Source: Macrostomum lignano
Taxonomy: Eukaryota
Direction: 5' to 3'
Assembly (NCBI GenBank): GCA_002269645.1
Contig: NIVC01001354.1
Location: 36,147-100,146, forward strand
Length of the DNA: 64,000 nucleotides
Notes under the pieces: generated by a model
What the model was told of the DNA's origin: nothing
Database searches by the model: none
What the model saw: only the letters and a program-made list of their open reading frames with translations
In this document: positions 15,557-27,700 of the stretch, piece after piece
How positions within the stretch are numbered: the stretch's first letter is position 1
Layout of the letters: each line of letters begins with the position of its first letter
Made by a program: the position numbers and the translations under genes

Positions 15557-18500
15557 TCAGTCGGCCGCCTTGGCCTGGCGCCGATCGCTGCCGGGCGCCA
15601 GCGACTCCGGCGGCAGGCGGCCGGCGGTTGACGTCTGTGGCGACGAGGTCGCGACAATGCCGCCGACACCACCGCCCTGGCCGATGACGCCCCAGCCGGC
15701 GGTTGCAGATGGCGGAGCAATCCTGATGCCGCCGCCGGCGCTGGCGGAATTCCAGGAGGATATTGAGAACTGCTGAGAGCTGCTGGGAACGCCGGCGGAG
15801 CTGGCGGAATTCCAGGAGGATATTGAGAACTGCTGAGAGCTGCTGGGCGCGCCGGCGGCACTGGCGGGCGGCCAGTTCTGCGGGAGCTGCTGGGCAGGGC
15901 GCAAGCCGCCGACGCTTCCACTGCTGGCGGCGGGAAGAAGAGCATGCGGCAGCGGCTGCTGCGGCTGCTGAGGGCCGCCAGTGAAGCCCTGCAGTTGGAG
16001 TAGCGGGGATGAGGAGGGGGAATCAGCGGTTGCCGAGCTGGATGCCAAGCTGCTGGCTGGGAAACCAATTGAAATGATGAGGAACCACAGCAGATGGGGA
16101 GTGCGACGAGACGGGGTGGAGTGACAGGAGGGAGTGACGACGACGAGTGACGGGAGGGAGTTACAGGAGTGACGGGAGTGACAGGAGGGAGTGACGGGAG
16201 TGACAGGAGGGAGTGACGGGAGTGACAGGAGGGAGTGACGGGAGTGATAGGAGGGAGTGACAGGAGTGACGGGAGTGATAGGAAGGAGTGACAGGAGGGA
16301 GTGACGGGAGTGACAGGAGGGAGTGACAGGAGGGAGTGACGGGAGTGACAGGAGGGAGTGACAGGAGGGAGTGACGGGAGTGACAGGAGGGAGTGACGGG
16401 AGTGACAGGAGGGAGTGACGGGAGTGACAGGAGGGAGTGACAAGAACAGAAGTGCACAGCAAAGAGTAATACGACCGAGAGGAGTGACATCTGTCGACAA
16501 TAAATGACTCACACTCTTAGTGATAGGCCTGCGAGACATCGGCTGCACCGGGTCCCAGGGTTTGGCGCCGTCGATTACAGCGGAGTCAGAGCTGGCAGCC
16601 GAATGTCCGGGGCTGAACATGGGCTGGTGCTGCTGCTGCTGAAGCTGCTGCTGCAACTGCTGCTGCTGGCTGATGATGCGGCTGCCTTGCACAGCGTTGT
16701 TCTGCGCGTGAAGACGGAGTGCGAACCAGTCAATGAATTATCAGATTGAGAGAGAACGAGTGCTTTAGGCATGCAAGAGTTGAAGGTCAGGCTTATGCAT
16801 TTCAATATAAAACTAATGCTATTGATGAAGCAATGTGTCTGGAATGTCATTCAACCTTCCTGCTACAGTAGCCTTTAAACAAGAACGTTAGTGTCCCTGA
16901 TTGAGGCAGTCGCCTCTAACAGAAAACACACTGTCATTTTGTCAACTTTAAAAAACTGAAAAACTACAAAAGCGCGGGAGAACGGCGAACTTTAAATTGA
17001 ACAAAATAAAACATTTTATTGTCAATTATAACGGATACCTACCACGGCTCTATACCAACGAAATGCCTGAAAATTCGAGAGTTTGTTGCACTGACTCATA
17101 TCTGATTTAAATCTAAATTGCGAGGCTCGAAATTTATTAATATACACACAAAAAAGGATTGGAATGCTGATAGTGGCGGCACACATCAAAGGATTGGAAT
17201 TCTGATAGTGGCGGCACACATCAAAGGATTAGAATGCTGATAGTGGCGGCACACAGCAGAGAATTGGAATGCTGATAGTGGCGACACACATCAAAGGATT
17301 GGAATGCTGATAGTGGCGGCACACATCAAAGGATTAGAATGCTGATAGTGGCGGCACACATAAAAGCATTAGAATGCTGATAGTGGCGGCACACAGCAGA
17401 GGATTAGAATGCTGATAGTGGCGGCACACATCAAAGGATTAGAATGCTGATAGTGGCGGCACACATCAAAGAATTGGAATGCTGATTGTGGCGGCACACA
17501 ACAGAGGATTGGAATTCTGATAGTGGCGGCACACATCAAAGAATTGGAATGCTGATAGTGGCGGCACACATCAAAGGATTGGAATTCTGATAGTGGCGGC
17601 ACATCAAAGAATTGGAATGCTGATAGTGGCGGCACACATCAAAGGATTGGAATTCTGATAGTGCCGGCACACAATAGAGGATTGGAATGTTTATAATGGC
17701 GGCACACATCAAAGGATTGGAATTCTGATAGTGGCGGCACACAATAGAGGATTGGAATGTTTATAATGGCGGCACACATCAAAGAATTTGAATGCTGATA
17801 GTGGCGGCACACATCAAAGGATTGGAATACTGATAGTGGCGGCACACATCAAATTATTCACCTGCGGCAGAAAGTTTCCAGCCTGCAGCTGCTGTGGCTG
17901 CATCAACTGGGCCTTCATTTGCATAGCCAAGGCTGTCTGCAGCTGCTGCAGCTGCATCAGGGGCATCTGCTGTTGCTGTTGCTGCTGCTGAGGAGTCAGG
18001 AGACTCTGCGGCCGGAGCGCGTGGACGCCGCGAGGCGCGGACTGCACCCCTGCCGTGCCGGTAGCCGATGATGACAGAGCCATTGACATCGGCTGCTGCT
18101 GCTGGAACAGCTGCTGTCGTAGAAGCTGCTGCTGCTGCTGCTGCTGTGTCGGCTGCTGTGGCTGTTGCTGCTGACGCTGAGGCTGCTGTACAGCCAGCTG
18201 ACTGAGCAGCTTCTGAATGGCCGCCTGGCCGCTGTCACCCGATGAATTCGAAGCCCCAGCAGCACCAGACGTCAGAGCGCGCAGCCCGGCGGGAGGCTGC
18301 ACTGGTGGAGCCGGGGCGCCGTGACCGCCAGCCAGGGAGCCTTCAATTTCCTCCAGGGTCCTGGCCTGGAGAACCTGCGGACGCTGCTGCGACTGCTGAG
18401 GCTGCAACGGGCGCGGCTGCTGCGGCTGCAGCTGGGCCGGGGTGGCGGACGGAGCGACAGGAGCGGCGGCGGCGCTGACGACGGCGGGTGCTGGGGTGGC

Positions 18501-21500
18501 AGCGGCCCCGCCGCCAGCTTTTAGGCTACCAAACAGCAGCGACTTGATGTTGGCTTCAACTTCTCGAGCGTCCAACTGGCGATTTGGCGCAGCTGACTGA
18601 GCTGCAGGCTGCTGGGGCTGCTGCTGAGGCTGAGGCAGAAGAGGCTGAGGAGGCTGGGGCTGTTGCTGAGGCTGAGGTTTGTTCTGCTGACCGATGCGCA
18701 GATCCTTCAGCAGCATCTGCTGCAGTTGCACAACATCAGCGCTTGGCGCCGGCTTCTTAGCTGGCGCAGAAGCCGGTTTCGGCGCCGGAGCGGCAGCGGC
18801 GGTTGCCGGAACCTGGGCAGTCGGCGGCCTCATTGGTGGGGGAGCGGCGTCGCCAGAGTCGGCGCTGAGCCACTTCGACATGCGGGAGGGTGCGGCAACA
18901 ACTGGCTGCTCGTCGGCCTCCGCCAGCACCGGCATCAGGAGGTCGGACAGGTCAAAATCCAGCGGTGGGGGGAAAGCAGAGTCGGCTGAGGCCGACTTCT
19001 CAGCTTTCGACGCTGGCTGGGAGGGCGGTGGCGGCGGCGGCGGCGGCGCTGGCGCCTGCGATTTAACAGCTGTTGAAGCTGCCGGAGGCTCCTTCGCCAC
19101 TGATTTGGCCGTCTCCGCGGACTTCGCCGAAGTTGTTGCCGTTGTCGCTGCCGACGAGGCGGTTGCTGCAGCCGCGGCCGGGGCCGCTGACTCGGCTGGC
19201 TCAGGCTTGGCCGCCGGAGCCGCGGGCTGCGGGCGCGGGGCTCGCCTCGGCGCCGACTCCTCGGGCAGGCCGGTGAGCTCCAGCTTCTCGAGCTTATCCA
19301 GCGGGCCCTCATCAAACCAAGCAGGGGTTTCGCTGTCGTTATAGTAGGAGCCGCCGCCGCCGCGCTGTACCGACTGCTGCTGCTGGGGCACGATCTCCCG
19401 AGGCCGTTGGCTTCGCTCCCACTGCCCGGCGCTGGCGGGGAAGCGCGCCGGCCGCTCGATACGGCGGCTCGGCTTGCCTGAAGCTGACGCCGACGCCGCT
19501 GCTGCCGCTGCCGCTGCCGCTGCTGTCGAAGCCGCAGCCGTAGCAGCGGCATTGGCTGCGGACGTTGCCGACGCCGTTTCCGACATCGGCGTCGGGGTGG
19601 AAGCCGCCGAGTGGTCGGAGTCGCCGCGTTCGCGACTACCATCGGCCTCAGCAGCAGTCTTGGCACGGTGAGGATTGCAACCCAGTCCCCAGGTGCGCTT
19701 CTGCGGACCCAGCACGATGCCGTCGTCCTTGCCGCGGTCTGTAGCGGTGAAGTTGCCAATTTTTACCTCTTACTTTAGTTATTCTACTTCTTATGTTTAA
19801 GATCCTTTAGCGCCCCTCGCTACTTTCCGGTCCTTCAGCGCCCCCACTACCTTCAGAGCTTCAGCGCCCCCCCCCCCCCCAATACCTTCAGAGCTTCAGC
19901 GCACCCCCCCAATACCTCCAGAGCTTCAGCGCACCCCCCCCCCAATACCTCCAGAGCTTTAGCGCACCCACTACCTTCCGTTCCTTCAGCGCCCCAACAA
20001 CCTTCTGGTCCTTCAGCGCCCCAACAACCTTCTGGTCCTTCAGCGCCCCCACAACCTCCTCGTCCTTCAGCGCCCCCACTACCTTCTGGTCCTTCAGCGC
20101 CCCCCCCCACTACCTTCTGGTCCTTCAGCACCCCCACTACCTTCTGGTCCTTCAGCGCCCCCACTACCTTCTGGTCCTTCAGCGCCCCCCACTACCTTCT
20201 GGTCCTTCAGCGCCCCCACTACCTTCTGGTCCTTTAGCGCCCCCCCCACTACCTTCTGATCCTTCAGCGCCCCCACAACCTTCTGGTCCTTCAGCGCCCC
20301 AACAACCTTCTGGTCCTTCAGCGCCCCCACAACCTCCTCGTCCTTCAGCGCCCCCACTACCTTCTGGTCCTTCAGCGCCCCCCCCACTACCTTCTGGTCC
20401 TTCAGCACCCCCACTACCTTCTGGTCCTTCAGCGCCCCCACTACCTTCTGGTCCTTCAGCGCCCCCCCCCACTACCTTCTGGTCCTTCAGCGCCCCCACT
20501 ACCTTCTGGTCCTTTAGCGCCCCCCCACTACCTTCTGATCCTTCAGCGCCCCACAACCTTCTGGTCCTTCAGCGCCCCCCCTACCTTTTGGTCCTTCAGC
20601 GCCCCCCCCCCACTACCTTCTGGTCCTTCAGCGCCCCCACTACCTTCTGGTCCTTCAGCGCCCCAACAACCTTCTGGTCCTTCAGCGCCCCCACTACCTT
20701 CTGGTCCTTCAGCGCCCCCACTACCTTCTGGTCCTTCAGCGCCCCCACTACCTTCTGGTCCTTCAGCGCCCCCACTACCTTCTGGTCCTTCAGCGCCCCA
20801 ACAACCTTCTGGTCCTTCAGCGCCCCCCCCCCACTACCTTCTGATCCTTCAGCGCCCCCACAACCTTCTGGTCCTTCAGCGCCCCCACTACCTTCTGGTC
20901 CTTCAGCGCCCCCCCACTACCTTCTGGTCCTTCAGCGCCCCCACTACCTTCTGGTCCTTCAGCGCCCCAACAACCTTCTGGTCCTTCAGCGCCCCCACTA
21001 CCTTCTGGTCCTTCAGCGCCCCCACTACCTTCTGGTCCTTCAGCGCCCCCACTACCTTCTGGTCCTTCAGCGCCCCCACTACCTTCTGGTCCTTCAGCGC
21101 CCCCACTACCTTCTGGTCCTTCAGCGCCCCAACAACCTTCTGGTCCTTTAGCGCCCCCACAACCTTCTGGTCCTTCAGCGCCCCCACTACCTTCTGGTCC
21201 TTCAGCGCCCCCCCCCCCACTACCTTCTGGTCCTTCAGCGCCCCCACTACCTTCTGGTCCTTCAGCGCCCCCACTACCTTCTGGTCCTTCAGCGCCCCCC
21301 CACTACCTTCTGGTCCTTCAGCGCCCCCCACTACCTTCTGGTCCTTCAGCGCCCCCCACTACCTTCTGGTCCTTCAGCGCCCCCCCACTACCTTTTGGTC
21401 CTTCAGCGCCCCCCCCACTACCTTCTCGTCCTTCAGCGCCCCCACTACCTTCTGGTCCTTCAGCGCCCCCCCACTACCTTCTGGTCCTTCAGCACCCCCA

Positions 21501-23329
21501 CTACCTTCTGGTCCTTCAGCGCCCCCACTACCTTCTGGTCCTTCAGCGCCCCCCCCCACTACCTTCTGGTCCTTCAGCGCCCCCACTACCTTCTGGTCCT
21601 TCAGCGCCCCCCACTACCTTCTGTTCCTTCAGCGCCCCCACTACCTTCTTGTCCTTCAGCGCCCCCCCACTACCTTTTGGTCCTTCAGCGCCCCCCCCAC
21701 TACCTTCTGGTCCTTCAGCGCCCCCCACTACCTTCTGGCCTTCAGCGCCCCCACTACCTTCTGGTCCTTCAGCGCCCCCACAACCTTCTCGTCCTTCAGC
21801 GCCCCCCCACTACCTTCTGGTCCTTCAGCGCCCCCACTATCTTCTGGTCCTTCAGCGTCCCCCCACTACCTTCTGGTCCTTCAGCGCCCCCCACTACCTT
21901 CTGGTCCTTCAGCGCCCCCCCCACTACCTTCTGGTCCTTCAGCGCCCCCCACTACCTTCTGGTCCTTCAGCGCCCCCCCAACTACCTTCTGGTCCTTCAG
22001 CGCCCCCACTACCTTCTGGTCCTTCAGCGCCCCCACTACCTTCTGGTCCTTCAGCGCCCCCACAACCTTCTGGTCCTTCAGCGCCCCCCACTACCTTCTG
22101 GTCATTCAGCGCCCCCACTACCTTCTGGTCCTTCAGCGCCCCCCCCCACTACCTTCTGATCCTTCAGCGCCCCCACTACCTTCTCGTCCTTCAGCGCCCC
22201 CACTACCTTCTGGTCCTTCAGCGCCCCCCCACTACCTTCTGGTCCTTCAGCGCCCCCCAACTACCTTCTGGTCCTTCAGCGCCCCCACTACCTTCTGGTC
22301 CTTCAGCGCCCCCACTACCTTCTGGTCCTTCAGCGCCCCCACAACCTTCTGGTCTTTCAGCGCCCCCCACTACCTTCTGGTCCTTCAGCGCCCCCACTAC
22401 TTTCTGGTCCTTCAGCGCCCCCACTACCTGGTCCTTCAGCGCCCCTCCCCCTACCTTCTGGTCCTTCAGCGCCCCCACTAACTTTAGAACTTCAGCGCTC
22501 GCGCTATCCTCCAGACTTTCAGCGCTCTACCTTCCAGCTACTTACCGCCTTTGATCATCTTGGACCTGGTGGTCGTATCGCTGCCTTTCTTGTCCCCGTC
22601 AAAAAGCTTGACAGGATCCCACAGGCCGCCGTCGCCAATGAAGGCCCTGTTGAGCTCCCGAGGCCACAGCTTGGACAGATTCGCCACCTGCAGCTTCATC
22701 AGTTGCTCGCGAGAGTATTGCCTTCGCTTTTGCGGCTGCTGAACTTGCTTCTGCTGCTGCTGCGTTTGCTTCTGCTGTGGCTGTTGCTTTTGCTGCTGCT
22801 GTTGCAGCTGCTTGGGCTGCTGCTGTGATTGCTGCTTCTGCTGAGGCTTCTGTTGCTGCTGGTGTTTGTTCGTTGGCTTATTAGTTTGTTGCTGTTGCTG
22901 CGATTGCTTAGGCGGCTGTTGCTGCTGAGGCTGCTTTGGCTGCTGCGCCTGTTGCTGCTGTGTCTGCTTCTGCACAGGCTGCTGCTTTGGCTGCTGCTGC
23001 GGAACCGGCTGCTGTTGCTGCTGCAGCTGTCCAGCTGGTCCGCCAGCGGCCGCAGAGCCGGCAGTGGCTTCCATCCTCCGTTTGTGGCCGGCGCGGGTGC
23101 CCCTGCGCACCTTGCTGCTGGCCGCGCCAGCCCCGGCGGCGATGTTGTTGTTGTTGCTCCCGCCGCCGTTCCCGGCGCCGCCTGCAGTGGCCACGCCGGC
23201 GGCAGCCGCCGCTGGCTGTTCAACGGCCTGCGCGACCGGCTTGCCAGCCGCATTGGCGCCGCTGCTCTCCTTCTGGACTTGCTGCTGCCCTGCCCGGTTC
23301 ATTCTGCGAAGAAGGTGGTGAGACTTCAT
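15557..23329 (-). CDS. EIF4ENIF1: eIF4E transporter (4E-T / EIF4ENIF1-like), Q/A/P-rich, ~1093 aa, 4 exons
   Basis: complement join(23329-22546, 19738-17862, 16701-16513, 15988-15557) = 3282 nt in frame. Motifs: canonical eIF4E-binding YSREQLM followed by [16 protein letters not shown]; [15 protein letters not shown]; Cup-homology-like [22 protein letters not shown]; SRMSKWLS; TLEEIE. The start codon (23329 vs 23302) and the last-exon boundary are less certain. Confidence 0.85.
16120..16445. repeat. 9/13-bp (GGGAGTGAC / AGGAGGGAGTGAC) minisatellite in 4E-T intron 3
   Basis: Direct repeats. Confidence 0.9.
17150..17852. repeat. 35-bp minisatellite (ATCAAAGGATTGGAATGCTGATAGTGGCGGCACAC)n in 4E-T intron 2
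   Basis: About 20 units, starting ~10 nt after the donor at 17861. Confidence 0.93.
19805..22535. repeat. ~27-bp minisatellite (CCTTCTGGTCCTTCAGCGCCCCCACTA)n with variable C-run, 4E-T intron 1
   Basis: About 100 units filling intron 22545-19739. Confidence 0.95.
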
Positions 23330-23373
23330 TAGCTTGATTAGCAAACACCACTAAATGCAAGCTAAACTATGAA

Positions 23374-23626
23374 CACACATGCGCAACAACCGACTGGCTG
23401 GCGAGGGGCCCAGCCAAGGTAAGTCGCAAAAATGCCCACAAGAAAAATATTAACGCAGTACTAATTAGATGACGAGGCATTTATCCCTAATAAGACACTC
23501 GAGTTACTCCTGCCATTTACCCAAAAGCATTAATTCTTGCTTTAGGGTTTTTTTCGCAGGTAAGTCGCATTTTTGGTCAAAAAGTAAGTCACATGGCCAG
23601 TGTAAATCAGAGGTTGCGCATGTATG
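23374..23626. mobile_element. hAT-type MITE copy A (253 bp), 14-bp TIR CA(C/T)ACATGCGCAAC
   Basis: TIRs at 23374-23387 and 23613-23626; the interior is the reverse complement homologue of 33766-34063; the TSD is degenerate (ACTATGAA / ACTTGTAT). Confidence 0.75.
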
Positions 23627-24756
23627 ACTTGTATAAAACCACAGGTGCATTAATTCCTTCATCAATTTTTGATCTGTCTCCTTCACTGTACTGATATAAA
23701 GCAGTTAATTTTTGAATTTTGTAACACTGATAGAAAAATTAGTCTATAAAAATGCCTAACAGTCTCAAGGGTTAAAAACTTTTGCCATTTACCCCATTGG
23801 CCTTTTTCTGCAATGCTTGATAGCCTGCAATAGTTATATCATTCCAGGTAACAAGAATATTATAGATTTTAAAAATCAATTTATTAATATATAATTTATG
23901 ACATTATTTTTTAATTTTTAAAGATAAAATTTTGTGGCTACTAAATCAGTTTTCAATGATGTTATGTGACTTTCTAAGCTTGAGAGTTTTTTTGAGATTT
24001 TGACTTTTCAAGCTTGTGATAATGGATAACTTTTCAACAATGTGACTTTTTGAGCTTGTGATGTGACTCCCTTTTTGTTTGCTAATAGATGAATTATATG
24101 AGTTTTTGAATTAAGTTTGAATTGCATTTGCATTTTGAGTTAGTAGCTATCTAAGAGAAGATACAAAAAGTGCAATAATCCTTTTCTTATTTAGTGCAAT
24201 AATCCTTTTATTTAGACCCTAATAAATCCTTGAATAAAAGCTTTAATAAAATATTTTATTATTTACTAAGACTTGAACCCAGATCATTGCATTAGTAGGC
24301 TTTAGTTTAGTTTGTTTGCATCTAAGCTTGCTTTAATCAATTTTATTAAAAATTAATTGTACAATATACCACTTATAATTCAACCTTCATACTAAATCAG
24401 TTAAAGTAAAAGGCAATTAGTATCAATCCAAATTAAAATCAATAATAGAATTATGCAATCTAAATTAGGTCTCTTGCTATGCTTCCACACTGTATTTTTA
24501 ACATTAATTTAATTCATGTTAGACTAGAGTTATAATTTATTTGATGATACAATCTTTATTAGAATCAGAATTTAGTCAAGCAATTTTTTCTCTCTAGCAT
24601 TCTTTTACTGCATTTCATATTGAAAAGTCTACTTGACCTTTGCAGCTAATGTATTGATTTCCCGACAGACATTCAGACAGACATTCAGAAATTGTTCATT
24701 AAATGTTTAACAAAATTGTCTATTTATTACACAAGATACTGTGAATTTATAGAAAC

Positions 24757-27700
24757 TTTTACGCATGTCTCTGCTTTAAAAAGACACCTCAGACACACAC
24801 AAAGACGCTTCACAAGCTGAGATATTCCCTAGCAACTGTTGTTACGACGTTTCCCAATATACCAAATACTGTATATAGTAGTTTTTTGAGAAGCCGCTAC
24901 ATCGTCCCACTTTGGTCTTTCTGCATGAAATTTGCACAGCTGTTTTACGCATGTCTCTGCTTTAAAAAGACACCTCAGACACACACAAAGACGCTTCACA
25001 AGCTGAGATATTCCCTAGCAACTGTTGTTACGACGTTTCCCAATATACCGAATACTGTATATAGTAGTTTTTTGAGAAGCCGCTACATCGTCCCACTTTG
25101 ATTTTTCTGCATAAAATTTGCACAGCTGTTTTACGCATGTCTCTGCTTTAAAAAGACACCTCAGACACACACAAAGACGCTTCACAAGCTGAGATATTCC
25201 CTAGCAACTGTTGTTACGACGTTTCCCAATATACCGAATACTGTATATAGTAGTTTTTTGAGAAGCCGCTACATCGTCCCACTTTGGTCTTTCTGCATGA
25301 AATTTGCACAGCTGTTTTACGCATGTCTCTGCTTTAAAAAGACACCTCAGACACACACAAAGACGCTTCACAAGCTGAGATATTCCCTAGCAACTGTTGT
25401 TACGACGTTTCCCAATATACCGAATACTGTATATAGTAGTTTTTTGAGAAGCCGCTACATTGTCCCACTTTGGTCTTTCTGCATGAAATTTGCACAGCTG
25501 TTTTACGCATGTCTCTGCTTTAAAAAGACACCTCAGACACACACAAAGACGCTTCACAAGCTGAGATATTCCCTAGCAACTGTTGTTACGACGTTTCCCA
25601 ATATACCGAATACTGTATATAGTAGTTTTTTGAGAAGCCGCTACATCGTCCCACTTTGATCTTTCTGCATGAAATTTGCACAGCTGTTTTACGCATGTCT
25701 CTGCTTTAAAAAGACACATCAGACACACACAAAGACGCTTCACAAGCTGAGATATTCCCTAGCAACTGTTGTTACGACGTTTCCCAATATACCAAATACT
25801 GTATATAGTAGTTTTTTGAGAAGCCGCTACATTGTCCCACTTTGGTCTTTCTGCATGAAATTTGCACAGCTGTTTTACGCATGTCTCTGCTTTAAAAAGA
25901 CACCTCAGACACACACAAAGACGCTTCACAAGCTGAGATATTCCCTAGCAACTGTTGTTACGACGTTTCCCAATATACCGAATACTGTATATAGTAGTTT
26001 TTTGAGAAGCCGCTACATCGTCCCACTTTGATCTTTCTGCATGAAATTTGCACAGCTGTTTTACGCATGTCTCTGCTTTAAAAAGACACCTCAGACACAC
26101 ACAAAGACGCTTCACAAGCTGAGATATTCCCTAGCAACTGTTGTTACGACGTTTCCCAATATACCGAATACTGTATATAGTAGTTTTTTGAGAAGCCACT
26201 ACATCGTCCCACTTTGATCTTTCTGCATGAAATTTGCACAGCTGTTTTACGCATGTCTCTGCTTTAAAAAGACACCTCAGACACACACAAAGACGCTTCA
26301 CAAGCTGAGATATTCCCTAGCAACTGTTGTTACGACGTTTCCCAATATACCGAATACTGTATATAGTAGTTTTTTGAGAAGCCGCTACATCGTCCCACTT
26401 TGATCTTTCTGCATGAAATTTGCACAGCTGTTTTACGCATGTCTCTGCTTTAAAAAGACACCTCAGACACACACAAAGACGCTTCACAAGCTGAGATATT
26501 CCCTAGCAACTGTTGTTACGACGTTTCCCAATATACCGAATACTGTATATAGTAGTTTTTTGAGAAGCTGCTACATCGTCCCACTTTGGTCTTTCTGCAT
26601 GAAATTTGCACAGCTGTTTTACGCATGTCTCTGCTTTAAAAAGACACCTCAGACACACACAAAGACGCTTCACAAGCTGAGATATTCCCTAGCAACTGTT
26701 GTTACGACGTTTCCCAATATACCGAATACTGTATATAGTAGTTTTTTGAGAAGCTGCTACATCGTCCCACTTTGGTCTTTCTGCATGAAATTTGCACAGC
26801 TGTTTTACGCATGTCTCTGCTTTAAAAAGACACCTCAGACACACACAAAGACGCTTCACAAGCTGAGATATTCCCTAGCAACTGTTGTTACGATGTTTCC
26901 CAATATACCGAATACTGTATATAGTAGTTTTTTGAGAAGCTGCTACATCGTCCCACTTTGATCTTTCTGCATGAAATTTGCACAGCTGTTTTACGCATGT
27001 CTCTGCTTTAAAAAGACACCTCAGACACACACAAAGACGCTTCACAAGCTGAGATATTCCCTAGCAACTGTTGTTACGACGTTTCCCAATATACCGAATA
27101 CTGTATATAGTAGTTTTTTGAGAAGCTGCTACATCGTCCCACTTTGGTCTTTCTGCATGAAATTTGCACAGCTGTTTTACGCATGTCTCTGCTTTAAAAA
27201 GACACCTCAGACACACACAAAGACGCTTCACAAGCTGAGATATTCCCTAGCAACTGTTGTTACGACGTTTCCCAATATACCGAATACTGTATATAGTAGT
27301 TTTTTGAGAAGCCGCTACATCGTCCCACTTTGATCTTTCTGCATGAAATTTGCACAGCTGTTTTACGCATGTCTCTGCTTTAAAAAGACACCTCAGACAC
27401 ACACAAAGACGCTTCACAAGCTGAGATATTCCCTAGCAACTGTTGTTACGACGTTTCCCAATATACCGAATACTGTATATAGTAGTTTTTTGAGAAGCTG
27501 CTACATCGTCCCACTTTGGTCTTTCTGCATGAAATTTGCACAGCTGTTTTACGCATGTCTCTGCTTTAAAAAGACACCTCAGACACACACAAAGACGCTT
27601 CACAAGCTGAGATATTCCCTAGCAACTGTTGTTACGACGTTTCCCAATATACCGAATACTGTATATAGTAGTTTTTTGAGAAGCTGCTACATCGTCCCAC

